A stretch of 64,000 nt of DNA from the NCBI GenBank assembly GCA_002633005.1, contig NMRA01000378.1, positions 70,759 to 134,758 on the forward strand. The letters are read 5' to 3'. Under the pieces are notes generated by a model. It ran no database searches and was not told the DNA's origin. It saw only the letters and a list, made by a program, of their open reading frames with translations. The position numbers and the translations under genes were made by a program. Positions 37,101 through 61,152 of the stretch are shown here, one piece after another; the stretch's first letter is position 1; each line of letters begins with the position of its first letter. The DNA comes from Phoronis australis (lineage: Eukaryota > Animalia > Phoronida).

Positions 37101-38529
37101 GTAACAGCAAACCACGACCAAATGAAAAATCAAATAATTGCTCCCCTAGCGATCACGTTTTATATTCACTTAGCGTTGTGTATGCATCAATGATGTGGCT
37201 CGCATACAAAATAAAAAATGCATTTGTTGATCCTTTACTTTTTACCAACAAGCATTTACGACTAAAATGCCACATTTGTTTGTGCAAATGAAAAATAAAC
37301 ATTTTCAAATATTAAACAGGTACTTCGAGAGGAAAGATATATAGAAATTAGGAAGTACTACAAAACGGCTTACAAATAAGTAGCGGTAAAAATATCCACC
37401 ATGCATCAAGTGTCAGAGGAGACAAAACTGAAGGCACTTTTTTGAACAACTGAAAGTAGTTGACATTCGCTGGAATCCAGAAGTGTGTCATTTCCATGAT
37501 TTGAGTAAACATACAATAAAACTGCCGTTTATCGAATGGATTTAATTCCACGAAGGAGCTTTAGGTTGCATGGCTGCGGAATGTAGAGGGTCGATTATGC
37601 GCTGCCGCTCCTTTCAGACGTTGCTTTTATCGCCGATTATGCTCGATAACAAACATTGAAATAGAAAATGTCAAAGCTTTCTTCTGATTTGATTTAGGGT
37701 AAAAAGATAGACACCGGGAACTGCCAGGTTTAATTAAAGTCCTACTCTCAAACTGCCCATACGGTTCCAGTATCCGAAAATACTAACTACATAAAATCTT
37801 ATTTTCGAAACCCTTTCTTTATATTCTTTCGCCTTTCTTGCCAAAAGCGATTTTTGAACAGTATTTGACTCTTCTCTCTGAGCGTATGATTACCGGTTGT
37901 CATCCGTTATTTCCGTACCCACATTTCCGGCTCATCAGTTCAGGAACTTGTCCTGAAAGCCGCCATTTTCCCCTTGTAACTGAATGTGCTATCGCTTGCT
38001 CGAAAAGTCTTCATTTTGTTTTGTTAGTAACATCTCGTGATTCGTTTGCATATGTAGTGTATTGTTAGTGGTCGTTGATGTTTTTTGGAATGTTACGCGT
38101 ACTTAGTAGGTTAAAATAGCATTGGTGTTTAGTTCCTTACGTAGGCGGGTCGAACCTAGGAACCAATATGGGTCGAACCTATTTTTTTCGTTTTTTTTTC
38201 TCGTTTTGAAAAAGTACTTTGCTATCATCGGAAAGGTAGTGCATTCTACTCAGTAAAAATCGAAAAAGTATCAAAACCGGGGCAAGCAGTGTAAAGTTAT
38301 TGCAAGTTTGTGGCGAAATTTGGGTCACTTTGTTTAGATCGCGTCGGCCATATTGGAGGACAGCGGGATAAGTTACGAGTTTAAAACTTTGTGTAAATTG
38401 TTTTCGCCAACAAATTACGGTGAAATTTAGTTAGACATATCTTTACTTACTATTCTGCACGATTTAACAGTGTTCACCCAATTTCAGCCTCGCAGTTGTT
38501 ACTCATTAAGTGATAAATGAGCTCACAAT

Positions 38530-41500
38530 GGGGCTATTCGGAAAATCTGCAACAACTAGAGGGCGTGCGTGTACTAGTGGTGATAGATTAACAGCCTCGA
38601 TTTCGCGAGCCCTTTAAATACATGGTGAAATGGCTTGCAGCCGTGCCAATTGAATCTGAGATTGCGTAAAAAGGGTGCTTCTATGAGGGAAGTAAGCACG
38701 ACCTCATACAAAGGTAAGGTTTGTGATCATTTTAACGATTATTCCATGATTATTCTACCGATGCCTGTTCACTGAGGCACTCGCCGATGTCGACTTCGCG
38801 GCAGTCAGTCGCCAGCCAGAGTCTGGTTAATCTTTGTATGTTGCGATATGTGATACGATACTGGACGTAGCAATCGGGATCTTTTCGTACATCAAAGCAT
38901 TATTATTGCTTGGAATGATTTCTATAAGTTTATCAGTGGCAGTTACATCAATCAATGCTGCATATTTATGCTGTCAACTCGATACAGGTTAAATTTGAGT
39001 TAAGGTTACAATCCAATCCCAATGGCAAAGGGTACGTGAGTGATAAATATCCATTGCATTAGACTATTTGTTTACTCCCTATCATATGTCTTCTGGAAAT
39101 CTATTACACGTTGAAATGGAAATCTATCACGTCAGTTTTCACGTAACCTTTGGCTTTTTAGGTTTGAAGGCTTGTACCGTGCAGAGGAGATATGCATCGC
39201 TTCTGCACCGTCCCTGAATGGACAAATATTGGTTTTTAGCATTTGACTGCAGCTAACCAACAAGATCTTCCCATCCAGTGCAGATCTGTTGTCAAAGCCT
39301 ACTTTCAATATTGGAGACAACGAACAAAGCCTTTGAAAAGGAACAGCTATTTTTAAAGTCACTTTGTTAAATTACTTATTCAGGTCCCGAGGGTGGATTG
39401 GCAAGTGGTGGGTTGTAATATTTGGTACAACTGAATGTGTGGAAATAACAGGTAATACATGTTTGGGGAAAAGAGCATGGTGAGGTAATTCTTAACCTTC
39501 ACGAAGTCCCTCCTAGTTGATTTCATGAAACTGTTTTGGTACTTGTATCAATTGTAAAACCACAAGAATATATTACATTTTCCGAATTTACAGTGACTGA
39601 ATAGTCTTAACTCATGCCTTGAAATGTTGCAAGTCGTTATACATGTACATTCAAATGACTGCCGTTTTTGTGAAAATTGCATTTTTGATGGTGCCTTACG
39701 ATTTGTAATAACTCTTAAACAACAGAAAGATTATCCATCATTTTTAAATGACCCAAGTCTTCATATCTTCTATTAGAAAGAAAACGGTTCCCTCAACCTT
39801 AGGCTAGAAGTATGCTTGACAGACCCATGAACCTGTAATCTGAGTTAAAAATTGCTGAAAGTATCAAAATTAAAAAGGCTTGAAAGGTTTGAAGTTGTCT
39901 CAAAAAACTTGTATATTTTACAGACAAGTGATGCGTTTAAATAATTGTTATGGCTAGGGATAAAAAATAAAGACAGTTTTATGCAATACTCATTATATAC
40001 ACCCTTGGTTTCTGAAAATAGTAACTATTTACTTGTATGTGAAACTGTAGACCAATCACCATGTATTTTTGAAAAACAGGGATAATATTTTTGATCCAAT
40101 CTGGAGTACTTAATTATTCATATTTCAATATTTGTTCCAGGTTCAGTGACATTTTAAGGCCACTTCAAGCTGTATCATAGACAAGCTTTGTTACTCTGTT
40201 CTCTTCCCACAGCACTTCCACACACCAGCAGTGCTGCATGGCACAATGTGCAAGTCAGTGGCCCTGGAGAAATGTGAATCGCAGTACTAAGTTACCNNNN
40301 NNNNNNNNNNNNNNNNNNNNNNNNNNNNNNNNNNNNNNNNNNNNNNNNNNNNNNNNNNNNNNNNNNNNNNNNNNNNNNNNNNNNNNNNNNNNNNNNNNNN
40401 NNNNNNNNNNNNNNNNNNNNNNNNNNNNNNNNNNNNNNNNNNNNNNNNNNNNNNNNNNNNNNNNNNNNNNNNNNNNNNNNNNNNNNNNNNNNNNNNNNNN
40501 NNNNNNNNNNNNNNNNNNNNNNNNNNNNNNNNNNNNNNNNNNNNNNNNNNNNNNNNNNNNNNNNNNNNNNNNNNNNNNNNNNNNNNNNNNNNNNNNNNNN
40601 NNNNNNNNNNNNNNNNNNNNNNNNNNNNNNNNNNNNNNNNNNNNNNNNNNNNNNNNNNNNNNNNNNNNNNNNNNNNNNNNNNNNNNNNNNNNNNNNNNNN
40701 NNNNNNNNNNNNNNNNNNNNNNNNNNNNNNNNNNNNNNNNNNNNNNNNNNNNNNNNNNNNNNNNNNNNNNNNNNNNNNNNNNNNNNNNNNNNNNNNNNNN
40801 NNNNNNNNNNNNNNNNNNNNNNNNNNNNNNNNNNNNNNNNNNNNNNTTTTTTCCAATGCAATGTTACGACATTTACTGAATTAAGGCTTATTCATGTTAA
40901 TTGATAACTGAGCTGGTGGTCCTGGGGGTGGGGTCCACGATAAAATAAGGAAACTCACTCATCTAGAGAATTTTATTGGAAACAGCATAGTTTTGAAGAG
41001 AAACTGCTGTGATAAAGTCACTCTTGACTTCTGTGCATCACGTACCATACACCTCTTATTTTGGGAGCACCCCACCCAGGACAACATGAATATGTGCTGC
41101 TAGCCTACCCGGCATCGGGTGAGTTTCCGAAAAGAAACACTTAGTTCCACTCAATAAAACTTTTATTCAGTGGGGTAACTGGTGGGGATAACATCACCGA
41201 ACGATGTTGATAGAAACAAATTGCTAAAAACTTACCAAGTAATGTTGTGTAGTCTCCGAATGGAACTGCATAGTCATAGAGCACACACGGGGCTTCAGCA
41301 TCCACACACTTTTTGTCAGTTAGTTGACCCCGTTGACCGCAATTGTCCACGAATATAGTAACCTTAGGTCTTTTTGGGAATTTGTGGCCACCTGTCGAAG
41401 ACTTGCACCAGGGAAATTAGCAGTAATAAAGCTTAGCGCGACGACGTATTTTGATAAAAATTCCATCTTTTAGCAGTAATGTTGTTTACATGCAGACGGC

Positions 41501-41569
41501 TACGCATGCGCAATTCAATCACCACTAGTACAGCAGCGACACCGCGAGGAGAATTCTCCGAATAGCCCC
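38530..41569. mobile_element. Same 3.5-kb AT-TSD element, copy B (contains the N gap 40297-40846)
   Basis: Same TIRs and AT flanks; collinear with copy A apart from SNPs and small indels. Confidence 0.85.
40297..40846. other. Assembly gap (550 N)
   Basis: Run of N. The equivalent interval in transposon copy A (about 27776-28797) is about 1 kb. Confidence 1.
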
Positions 41570-44500
41570 ATTACCGTTGGACTTGTCTCGTTTCTGGCGG
41601 CACCGACAACATGGCGACTTTTGCTGAACTGAAAGGCATGTTCAATCGGCTACTTTGTAATTTGTGAAGATTTAACGTTGATACATTTTGACAAACGTTG
41701 CTACAAAAAGAAACTTTGTTCAATTTTCGTGTTTTTTGTGCAAAGATATAAGATATAAGATGTATTCGAATTATTTTACTGTAAATTTCCCATTCAGGTG
41801 ATCTTACACTAAGCTAAAAAAATAGTTGAAATGTTTGACTGTCAACTGCTGTTCAAGACTTGATTTGGTGTCACAAGATGATTCAAATTTTTCTAAGTTT
41901 TAAGTCTCAATTGCTTTCAAGTCATGTTTTGTAACTTATTTCTTCTTAATTCAGGTTATCAAGTCAACAATATGAATAATCTTAATTTGAGAAATAAGCT
42001 ATGTTGGATTGTGAAGCTTCAAGCCTCTAATTCTTGTTCCTTGCAACTTCATATTTTTTAAATGACGCTTGTCAAATTCTGGTGTAAGGAAACACTATTC
42101 CGTCACCATGGTAATAGTTACATGTATGTCCACTTTCATATCATTGAAACTGTTGCTGTTGAATAGTGTTTGTAATGCTAAATGTTGTAAAGTATTGTGC
42201 ATTTTAAGTTACTTATTATGTTAAAAGTTTTAATCATTTTGGGTTAATGAATAAAAAATGATAACATGTTGTATAGGACTTGTCATACTTATGTGGTCGA
42301 ACGAGCCCCCTGCCTCAGTCACAGAAGCACGAATTCCGAAAAAAAGTAGAAAATGAGACAATATTCCACTAGAAGACAGGAAGTACCAAAATTTAGGAGT
42401 CTCAGTGCAATTCATAGCTCTGAACATACCCACTGAATCTTATAGTAAAAGATAGACATTCCCAAAAATTCCAGCCCCCCCTCCATTCTTTTAGGTTGAT
42501 GCGCTCATACAAAGTCTGGGTAAATCTCTATTGAAAGCCAACAACTTTGCACAGTTCGCCAGAAGTACCCAAGTTCTAAGTAAACCTCGTTTGAGTGAGC
42601 GCTGTGGCCAGCGACCAGTTAGGCCTAAGGGTAGCCTTGGCGCAAAGCTGTATAGGCCTCAGTACTAACAAGCTGTATTTTGACGATAGCCTTCACTGGT
42701 AGCTGGTGACTGAGGCTAACTAAGGTCTGCCGCGGCAGTGTGACACAGGACTAACCAGCCCGTAATTTCATGCAAGTGTCTGAAACTACCCTTGAATATA
42801 TGCAGCATTTATGATTTGACCATTTTACTTCGACAAAACAGCTTGCAACCGCATGCATTTACCGTTCGCCAGTGTCTGGTCTCGATCCGATCCGCACCGG
42901 GTCCGATAGGCTGCGGTCCCGAGTCTGGCAAAATAATTTCTGTCAAAATTTATTCGCCACATTTCTTCAGCAAATTCGATAAAATTGTCCGTAGTTTAAT
43001 TTTATTAAACTTAAGGCGAGCTGTCGATTATTTTATCCCCGTTGCTGGCTGGTAACAGTACAGGCACTGCTCCAGTCGCACTGACGGCGTTTTCTCGGCC
43101 TGGGTTCCTGAATGAATTGTACTTCCGGGGTCGCGGCAAGTTCAAAATGGCGGTGTTTCTTCGGGTGCGAATCGTGAGTGGCGCGTTCATTTAAATTTTT
43201 TTCGAGTACGGATCGTGTATTAGTTATGGGGCAGGTACTTCTTGGATCCTTATAATGTCCTCTAACCATGTAATAAGGGTTAACAACTCGTGAGAAAAGG
43301 ACTTTAAATCATTATTGATGCCGTCAAAACATGGAAAAATAAGAAACTAGGAAATCACCCTTACATAATATTTTTTGCTTTGAAAACCTTGATAAATAAA
43401 TCCGAGATGATGGCAGACGGTATTGCCATAGTGATGGGATGTATGTGTGAGAGTGGCGAATGTCACTTTGCTACTGACTTGACATGAGGTTTGTGTCAAG
43501 TGTGTTTTCTGGTTTAAGCTATGCCTCTACACCATCTTAACCACATAAATTCCTAATGTGACACTATCTGGGATCAGCCACTGAATCGCTTTAGGCCTAT
43601 ATTATGTACCACCATCGCGTGCACTTTTAGCGTTGAACGCGACTGAGAGGCAGTATGGCAGTTCAGAACTGTGTTAGCCTGTGCGTGTGTGGGGGAGACG
43701 CAGAGAGAGTGCACTTCTTAAGATCTTAAGGGGGCTGCTTTCTTGGGAGGCGGAGTTATTTTTTGTGAGGAAGAGTGCTCTTTTGGGAGGAGGTATTTGC
43801 ATGGGTTGGGGGGTGTCCGACACGGCGTTGCACTTATACGCAATTCCATATACCATGATTAACACGCCATCAAGACTGTGTGGAAATGGCCGCACTCGTC
43901 AGTGTCTAAGTTAAAGCCCACTCGATCAATGACATGTCTAGTAATTTATGGTGCTCTGAGTCCTATTTGACCTGTGTGTAATCGAGAATGAACTTGGCCT
44001 AAAGGGATATTTTTTGGTTTAATTTACGGCTGAAATGCTTTTTGAGATTATTATTGTAGGCTACTGGATAAACTTTTTGCATTTACGAGCTTTGGCCAGA
44101 GCTAACAAATCCATTGTGTTTTTGTGATTTTATACCAAATCGCCAATTTTGTCGTTGCCTGGCAAAACGTTTGTTGATATCATGATACTAGGTGACTTTA
44201 CCATTACGCTTAAAATACTCAATTGACATCAAGACATGGAACATCATTCAGCGGCCCAGCGTTCGGCTGTTAAGATAGTTAGATTTCGCGATCCTGCTAA
44301 TTTCTGTAAAATCAATTTTTCGGACAGGATTGATGTCTCTTTAACTCGTTGCCGGGTAATTTGTACATACAGGTTGTACACTGTATGTAGGCCTATATAC
44401 GGAGCAAGTTAAAGCGGTCCAAAAATCATGCGAAAGCTGAATTCCTCGTCAAAATAGTCTTTCCTCGTAACCGAGAATAAAGAGGAATAAATTGTGACTA

Positions 44501-47500
44501 AGCCGTTCCCTATTTAGAATTCCTTCCCCTTTGTAGTTGTTACCCTTAGGATTAGTCGCCATGACAGGTAAAGCGATATAATGTCTGATTACTTTTGTCT
44601 GATACTGTACTGGATTTTCATAAAATTTGACACACAGAATACTTATGGCGATTACACTTTTTCTTTTTCCTATGAAGTCTAAGTAATATGCCCCCCTAGT
44701 AGTGTTCCATCTGCAACACCGCTGAAAGGATCATTTCAAAACTTTACAGGTATGTTGTTGTTTGCATGAAGAAGATTGATGTTGATTGTTAACTGGTCTA
44801 TCTTCTGTGGTGCCTGCCATATAGCAATTTACATGTAGCTTTCTTAATGTATCCTTCTATATCGACCAAGCTCCATGATGCATTTTCATGATGCATGTAC
44901 ATGACAAATAGTTTTCTGTTAACGGAGACACCGACAAACTCCTATTTTCGAATGGATTCAACATGTTCTACACCCACTACAGACTGAGGTCCTTTTCATT
45001 ATTTTTGTCACCTGCCTCTCTGTCATCCAAAGCCATGAGTTCCTATTGAGATGATCAAGGCTCTTTAGCTTCCCGAGTGGCTTCTTTTGCCTGTGCCGTA
45101 ATATATACCAACTTCTTTAATGGACATTTGTAAGATTTGGTGTATATGTAGCCTACATGTATGCGTTCCAACTCACAGTGAGGAGAGTATGCTCAGAATT
45201 AATTTCTGGACGTGTCAGATTACTGTGGCATCCTTTGGTGGCAATTTAGGATTTTCATATGGTTATACATCTACCAAATTTCTTCATGCATGAAATTTGG
45301 CAAACAGATGTCAAGGAAACCGAACGGCAGCGATTGCCTTGTTTAAGATGGATGAGATGTATGCTGCGCCCCCTAGTGTTATTTATATCTTATAATTAAC
45401 GATACTTAAACGAACACCACAAGCTAGAAACACTGTTAGTGGTGCAGTCATAGGTGCATTTTATACGATGCTTGTACACGATGCCAAGAAACTTATGTGA
45501 TGAGATGGTTTCATTATATTTCTTTTGATCACCATTTCGCACACTTGTTGCCCCGAGATTCCACTCTTGTCAATTAATTTAAAGGTGGACCAGTGGTGAA
45601 CTAATTTGTCTTGTTCATATCTTGAGTTCAGGCAAAGGCTGCTGGTTACATTTCTATGGAATAAAAACTGAGGAGATGTCTTCGAGTGTATTGCAACTCA
45701 GTTTCCATAAATATATACTCAGTGTAATGATACATGTAAGACACGTAACTTCACCACGCTACTCTTCCGGAAACCTCACTCAAAATAATCGAGCTTCTTG
45801 TAGGCAGTGTGGATTCCAAATTTTGTAAAAGGTCAATAGCAGTAACAGTGGTGCTCAATTGTGGACAATTTTGGACTCAGATTCTTTTACAACAAAGCAG
45901 CTACAATTATTTTTTGGAAACCCGGCCAATGGGGCGTCTTGCACAGGCTAACAAGCCCGCAAGAAAGAAAATATTTTGGGGAAACTAGAACCAATTNACA
46001 GATGTCAAGGAAACCGAACTCAGTGTAATGATACATGTAAGACACGTAACTTCACCACGCTACTCTTCCGGAAACCTCACTCAAAATAATCGAGCTTCTT
46101 GTAGGCAGTGTGGATTCCAAATTTTGTAAAAGGTCAATAGCAGTAACAGTGGTGCTCAATTGTGGACAATTTTGGACTCAGATTCTTTTACAACAAAGCA
46201 GCTACAATTATTTTTTGGAAACCCGGCCAATGGGGCGTCTTGCACAGGCTAACAAGCCCGCAAGAAAGAAAATATTTTGGGGAAACTAGAACCAATTCGA
46301 ATTTAATCCCACGCGCTTGCCAATGCACTCCCTGTCGCAAACAGAGAATTGACCAACACAAATGAGGTTACGCCAAGAATACTTGGCTCCCGACCCCTCT
46401 GTTTCCTTAGACTCTGAATATATTCGGAAAATACAAATCTCAAATGTGGATTTCCACGATTGTTTTAAGAAAAATGAGGCAGTCGCTAATACGAAGTTGC
46501 GCGACGGAACAGCACCAGAGACAAAATAACGTGTGAAAGATGACACGAACACTGAATCGGAAACTTGAATAGAATAATGTGACCCACAAGCCCCCCCCCC
46601 ACACTCACCAATAGATTACAGACCTTGTGAAGAAATTAACTTGTATGCACGTCTCTTAAACCAATCCCCGCAATACACCATGTTCTCCACACTCTGCTAC
46701 CATTCAAGTGTTCTGAGAATTGGTAAAGGATTTTCGTATCCCAAATGGCATTCGCAAATTTTTAAGTCAATTTCGTTTATTCACCCCACACAAAAATGTA
46801 AAAATAAAAAATCAAAGGCAAAGTAGATACAAAAACTTTAATGTCAAAAATCCTAAATGCAACCAAAACGCCGAAACGCAGCGCGGTTGTCGCTCAGACG
46901 AGTGAGCTGTTAACATCATTGTCCAAAATGGAGTAGCTCTCGTGCAGTGCACATGTATATGAAAACCTCACGGCCGCAACTAGCCTACCTACACGTTCGC
47001 CGACCCATTAGTTCTACACCAGTGCAGCGCCCTGTAATGGTCGTCTGTTCTGCACCGGCAATGCACTCGAGCAGACTAATAAAACCGCAAAACATTGTGA
47101 TGGATGAAACGCAAGATTCTACACATTTGGCCACTCAGATTACCCTTGATGTATGTCTGCAGGACCACTATTTGGTTTCGGTTAGCGTCATGTGTCATAA
47201 TTCAAGGATCCCGTTAAGATGACACCCTAAGACACGAATCTGTTCTCTTCAGTTAAATCACTTGCAGAACACCGTTCCATGGACAAAATTGTTTTGTGAA
47301 CTGTCTATAAATTAACTGAACAAGCCACCCCCCCTTGAACAGGTAATTGGGCACTTTTTCTTTCCGTACACTTGTGAATGTCAGTTTGTGTGTTTAAAAC
47401 CGCTCACTCAGTTGCAAACAAGTTTAACAGTCCCATTAGCCAAAACTGACCAGTGGGTAGCAGTGCTTGGTCAAGGATAGCTGCCAAATAAATAGCAAGA

Positions 47501-47861
47501 TGCAGCAGCGCTTCAAGCCAACTCATTCTCAATAAGCAATGATGGTTCTATTCAAGCAATGCTCCAGCCAACGAGTGCTACGTCACTCAATCATGCAAAC
47601 TGGGAATGAGCAAGGAAATACAAACAAAGTTAAATGTTATAATTTTCTTGTCATGGCCAATGTATATACATAAAAAATCTCAAGAACCGAATCCGCATGT
47701 GAAGTCGTGCACAACAGAGGTTGGTATCAAAAGTTGAAGTGTGCTAGGCGATCAAGGTACATGATAGAATAAACTGTACACGAACGTCAACAAAGCACAC
47801 CAAGGCGGACAACAATGGTGGACGAGGGAAGAGCATTCACTGACGTCTGTCCTGCATACAT

Positions 47862-47890
47862 CTACTTGGACGTCATCATCTTGACAAACT
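47862..47890 (-). CDS. CaM: Calmodulin alternative terminal exon 5b (EFVKMMTSK*)
   Basis: gtctgttgcag|AG TTT GTC AAG ATG ATG ACG TCC AAG TAG; same phase and length as exon 5a. Confidence 0.85.
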
Positions 47891-50570
47891 CTGCAACAGA
47901 CAACAACTAATGCTGTATCTAAGTCAGTCTAGCCAACAAACTACACTAAGCACATACATATACAACTGGCAAAGCAATAGGAGCTGGTAGTCACTATAAA
48001 TTTGCACTGGGTGATGATTGGGAGACATGTTGACATTGTGAGCTGTAAGAATTATCACAGCATTTCTGCACCTCAACGACGACTCATACACGACCAGTCA
48101 CAATTGATCGGTTATAGTAGCCTGTTTACTTTGTGTTCATCCTACATCTGGGGAGCAGCAAGTATGACATCAGGTGAACCATTAATACATAAGTGAAGTC
48201 CAAACTGACAAGCTAATAATCACTTGTACATTCACTCAGGCCTCACAACCACAAGCAGGACAAGGACAAAAAGCATAGTTGGTTCTCAAGGTCATTCCAT
48301 TGTCTACCAGGTCCACTTTGTCCACAGTAATTTGGATAGAGTTAGACCTACCCCAGGTTCTATGTCCAGCCCCTTCACCTAACCAGTTTTTGCAGAGGAC
48401 CATAGAACTAGCGTGCAAAGGACCAGGGTATAAACCAATTGGTTCTAGTGTTCTTTCATTTATTTATTTTTTTAACGATTACTACCCTTTGATGACGTGA
48501 AGTGCCAGAATGAGGCGCAGGTTTCCAAATAAGCCCGATTGTTGTAACCAGAAATCAAATATGTGACCCACCACCACAAAATGAGTCTTAAGTCGGGATT
48601 TGTCATTTTTAATTGTTATTTTTTTCTGAAAACGCAGTGTTTTCTGATCATTTTGAGGTATAAAACATGTCCTTATCTTCACAAATGACCGAGTTATTGC
48701 CAATTCTATTCGGGGAAAGCGAAAATTTAGAGCTTTCAAAAGTCAAGGAAAATGGCCGACGAAAAGTGCCGACAGTGTCTTTAAAATTTCCATAGCAATC
48801 TGCAGTTGAATGCTACATTNAGACTTTTTGTGAGATTTCACAGCGAGTAGGGCATGGACAGCCTGTGTACGGGTATCAGTGCAGGAGAACACACATTTAC
48901 TTTGAACACTCATCACACCACGATCATTCTCTAAGCCGATCTACAAGAACAGAATCTCCAACAACAATGTATTGAGCAATAAACGGTTTGAAGTCTCACA
49001 CAGCGCTTAGCTGGACAAGCCAAATTTGAAAACTTCCAAGTTAGCTGCCGTGAATCATAGTGCTGAAGTGGTCAATGGATACCATCAGTCCATGTTATGA
49101 AGTGCGATTTGGAATGCATTGGCCTCTACACACATAAGTAGCGAAGTGTCACCCCCTCCCTCCCCCTTCCCCCTAACATTCTCTTTCAACCATCTCGATT
49201 TATTTCTGAGGCATGGCTTAAGTTTCAGCAATAAGTCAGTTAGTCAACAGCTACACAACGTCCCTACAATTGCCAGGTCTACGAACTGCAATCAAATCGC
49301 TAGGTGCACACAGGTTTTAATTTGTGGTATTAAACAACCAAAACCAGGGAGGTCGCTCCAAAACATGAACTGAAACACACAGGTATTCTCAGATAGCGCT
49401 GTATGAGACTTGTCAAAATATCAATCTAATATGGTATCCCATAAAACATCTGGATGGATCAGGTAGAACACTGTAAAACAAGACAAGGCTATGCCTATAG
49501 TCGCAATGTAATGAGAATTAACACCAGCCCCAGAAGCAGCCAAAGCAAGTAGTTGTTAGACGACCTTGGGAACATGCAGCGATAAATCTCTTGTCAACTA
49601 AATGACATGTCAGATATGTGAACCCCAATCCATTGATTTTGGGATGAATATCGGCCCCATTCCCCTCTGAAAAATACCAAAAAATCACGCGAAATTCTCC
49701 TCACGAGACCCAAAAATTCACCTCAAGGTTTAACTCCTTGTAACTCAAGCAGTCGACAATTTGAAACAACAGCACAACATGTTATGTTTTGGCTACTAGA
49801 AGAATAAGCCTTTGACGGCTAACGAAACAGGTGGGGTAGAATTTTCCCTTGCCCAAAAAAGTTCCACTCTCAGAAGAAGGCGCAGGCACTTTTCTCCTTA
49901 GGAGGAACGAAGGCCAAACGCTTTTGGTTCATACTGAACAGGTATGAACTTCTTGTAAACAATTATAAACCAATCAGGATGGTCACCAGACAAATTTCCA
50001 TGTCAAAAATGTATGTCACAGATTTTTCAAGAACTCTCCAAACTGGTTCGTGTCTAACTCAAGATGACATACTTGACTGAAAAAACGCCCACACGCACAC
50101 ACAGTCACGCAGACACAGACACGCATGCTCACTCAAATTATTTCAAGAATATCAACATCAATAAGCAACAGTCTGTGTTGGAAATAAGCGTGTGCCAGTA
50201 AAACAAGCTCAGCGTAGCATGCGTGTATGAAAAAAAGCATGACCTGTAAAACAAGCAAATGAAGGTGGAAACCTGCAAAAAGGGTAAGCCATTTCAGCAA
50301 CAATAAAAACGACATTAAGACTAAATTAGGCAGCGGTAAAATAAGCAGCGTTCAGGCATCATCTAAACCTAGAAAGCCATTAAAAATAAAATAAACAATG
50401 TATGCTCCAGGCGAGGAATCCTTTTTGTGTATTCTCCAAAACATTTACAAACAAACTGCCCCAAGACACCCAAGAGTAGAAAACGCACAAATGAAGGAAG
50501 TCTCATAATTAACATGATGGGGAATTAGTCCTTTTTCACAAAAACAAGAGAAGTCTTTCATTGCTGTCTT

Positions 50571-60529
<9,959 letters not shown>

Positions 60530-61152
60530 GACGATTGAATCTGTGAATCCAAGCTCCGCGGCACGGTACCCTAACCTGTGATGACTAACTGTCAAATGTA
60601 CTAAGCCAAGATTGACCTGTAAATATTGACCGTCGTGAATAATCCCAATTCTTACGCGGTTTGAATTACTCGCTGAAACGTTTCTTGTTTCATAGATTTC
60701 CTCTATAAACTGTTATATAGCGTCTTTACAGCCATAAGTAAGCATGTGTGAGTCTTAAACAAGAAATAACTAACGGAATATGGTTGATGGCAAAGAATTA
60801 TTTCTTATCGAATGGATACTGACAAACAAAATGTTGTCTTCTGCGCCGCCGAACAGTACGACGAGCACGGATGTATTATCAAATGTGATTGGACAACCAG
60901 CCTCTGCAATGCACCATCATTTCACTGCAGTGACTTCATAATGCTGTCAAAGTATAGGGTTATTAATTCCCATATCGACTTAGGTTTTATCTCATTTTGG
61001 CTAGTGTATCAGTGGGAATACAAACGTAGAAGTTAACTTTACATTGATTGGGTAATTTTGTAAAATGGTTTGTCGGAAATGAGATTTTCTGAGTTCCCGA
61101 TCCGCTGGCATTCCTAGGTATCGCTCCGGCGGCCGGGGGATATTGGCACTCC

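Larger units (their letters stand above)
37738..43303. mobile_element. TTAA-TSD non-autonomous element (Kolobok-like) hosting copy B above
   Basis: TTAA|AGTCCTACTCTCA ... TGAGAAAAGGACT|TTAA (11/13 TIR match). The right arm recurs at 61153-62009 and ends at the same TIR plus TTAA. Confidence 0.6.

Noticed and set aside
40238-40879. Long ORFs of 189-213 aa
   Set aside because: They consist almost entirely of X from the N gap.
45718-46296. Apparently exact ~280-bp tandem duplication
   Set aside because: The copies look identical and are separated by a single N (45997) plus a short piece matching 45304-45324. This is typical of a contig-overlap or haplotype join artefact.
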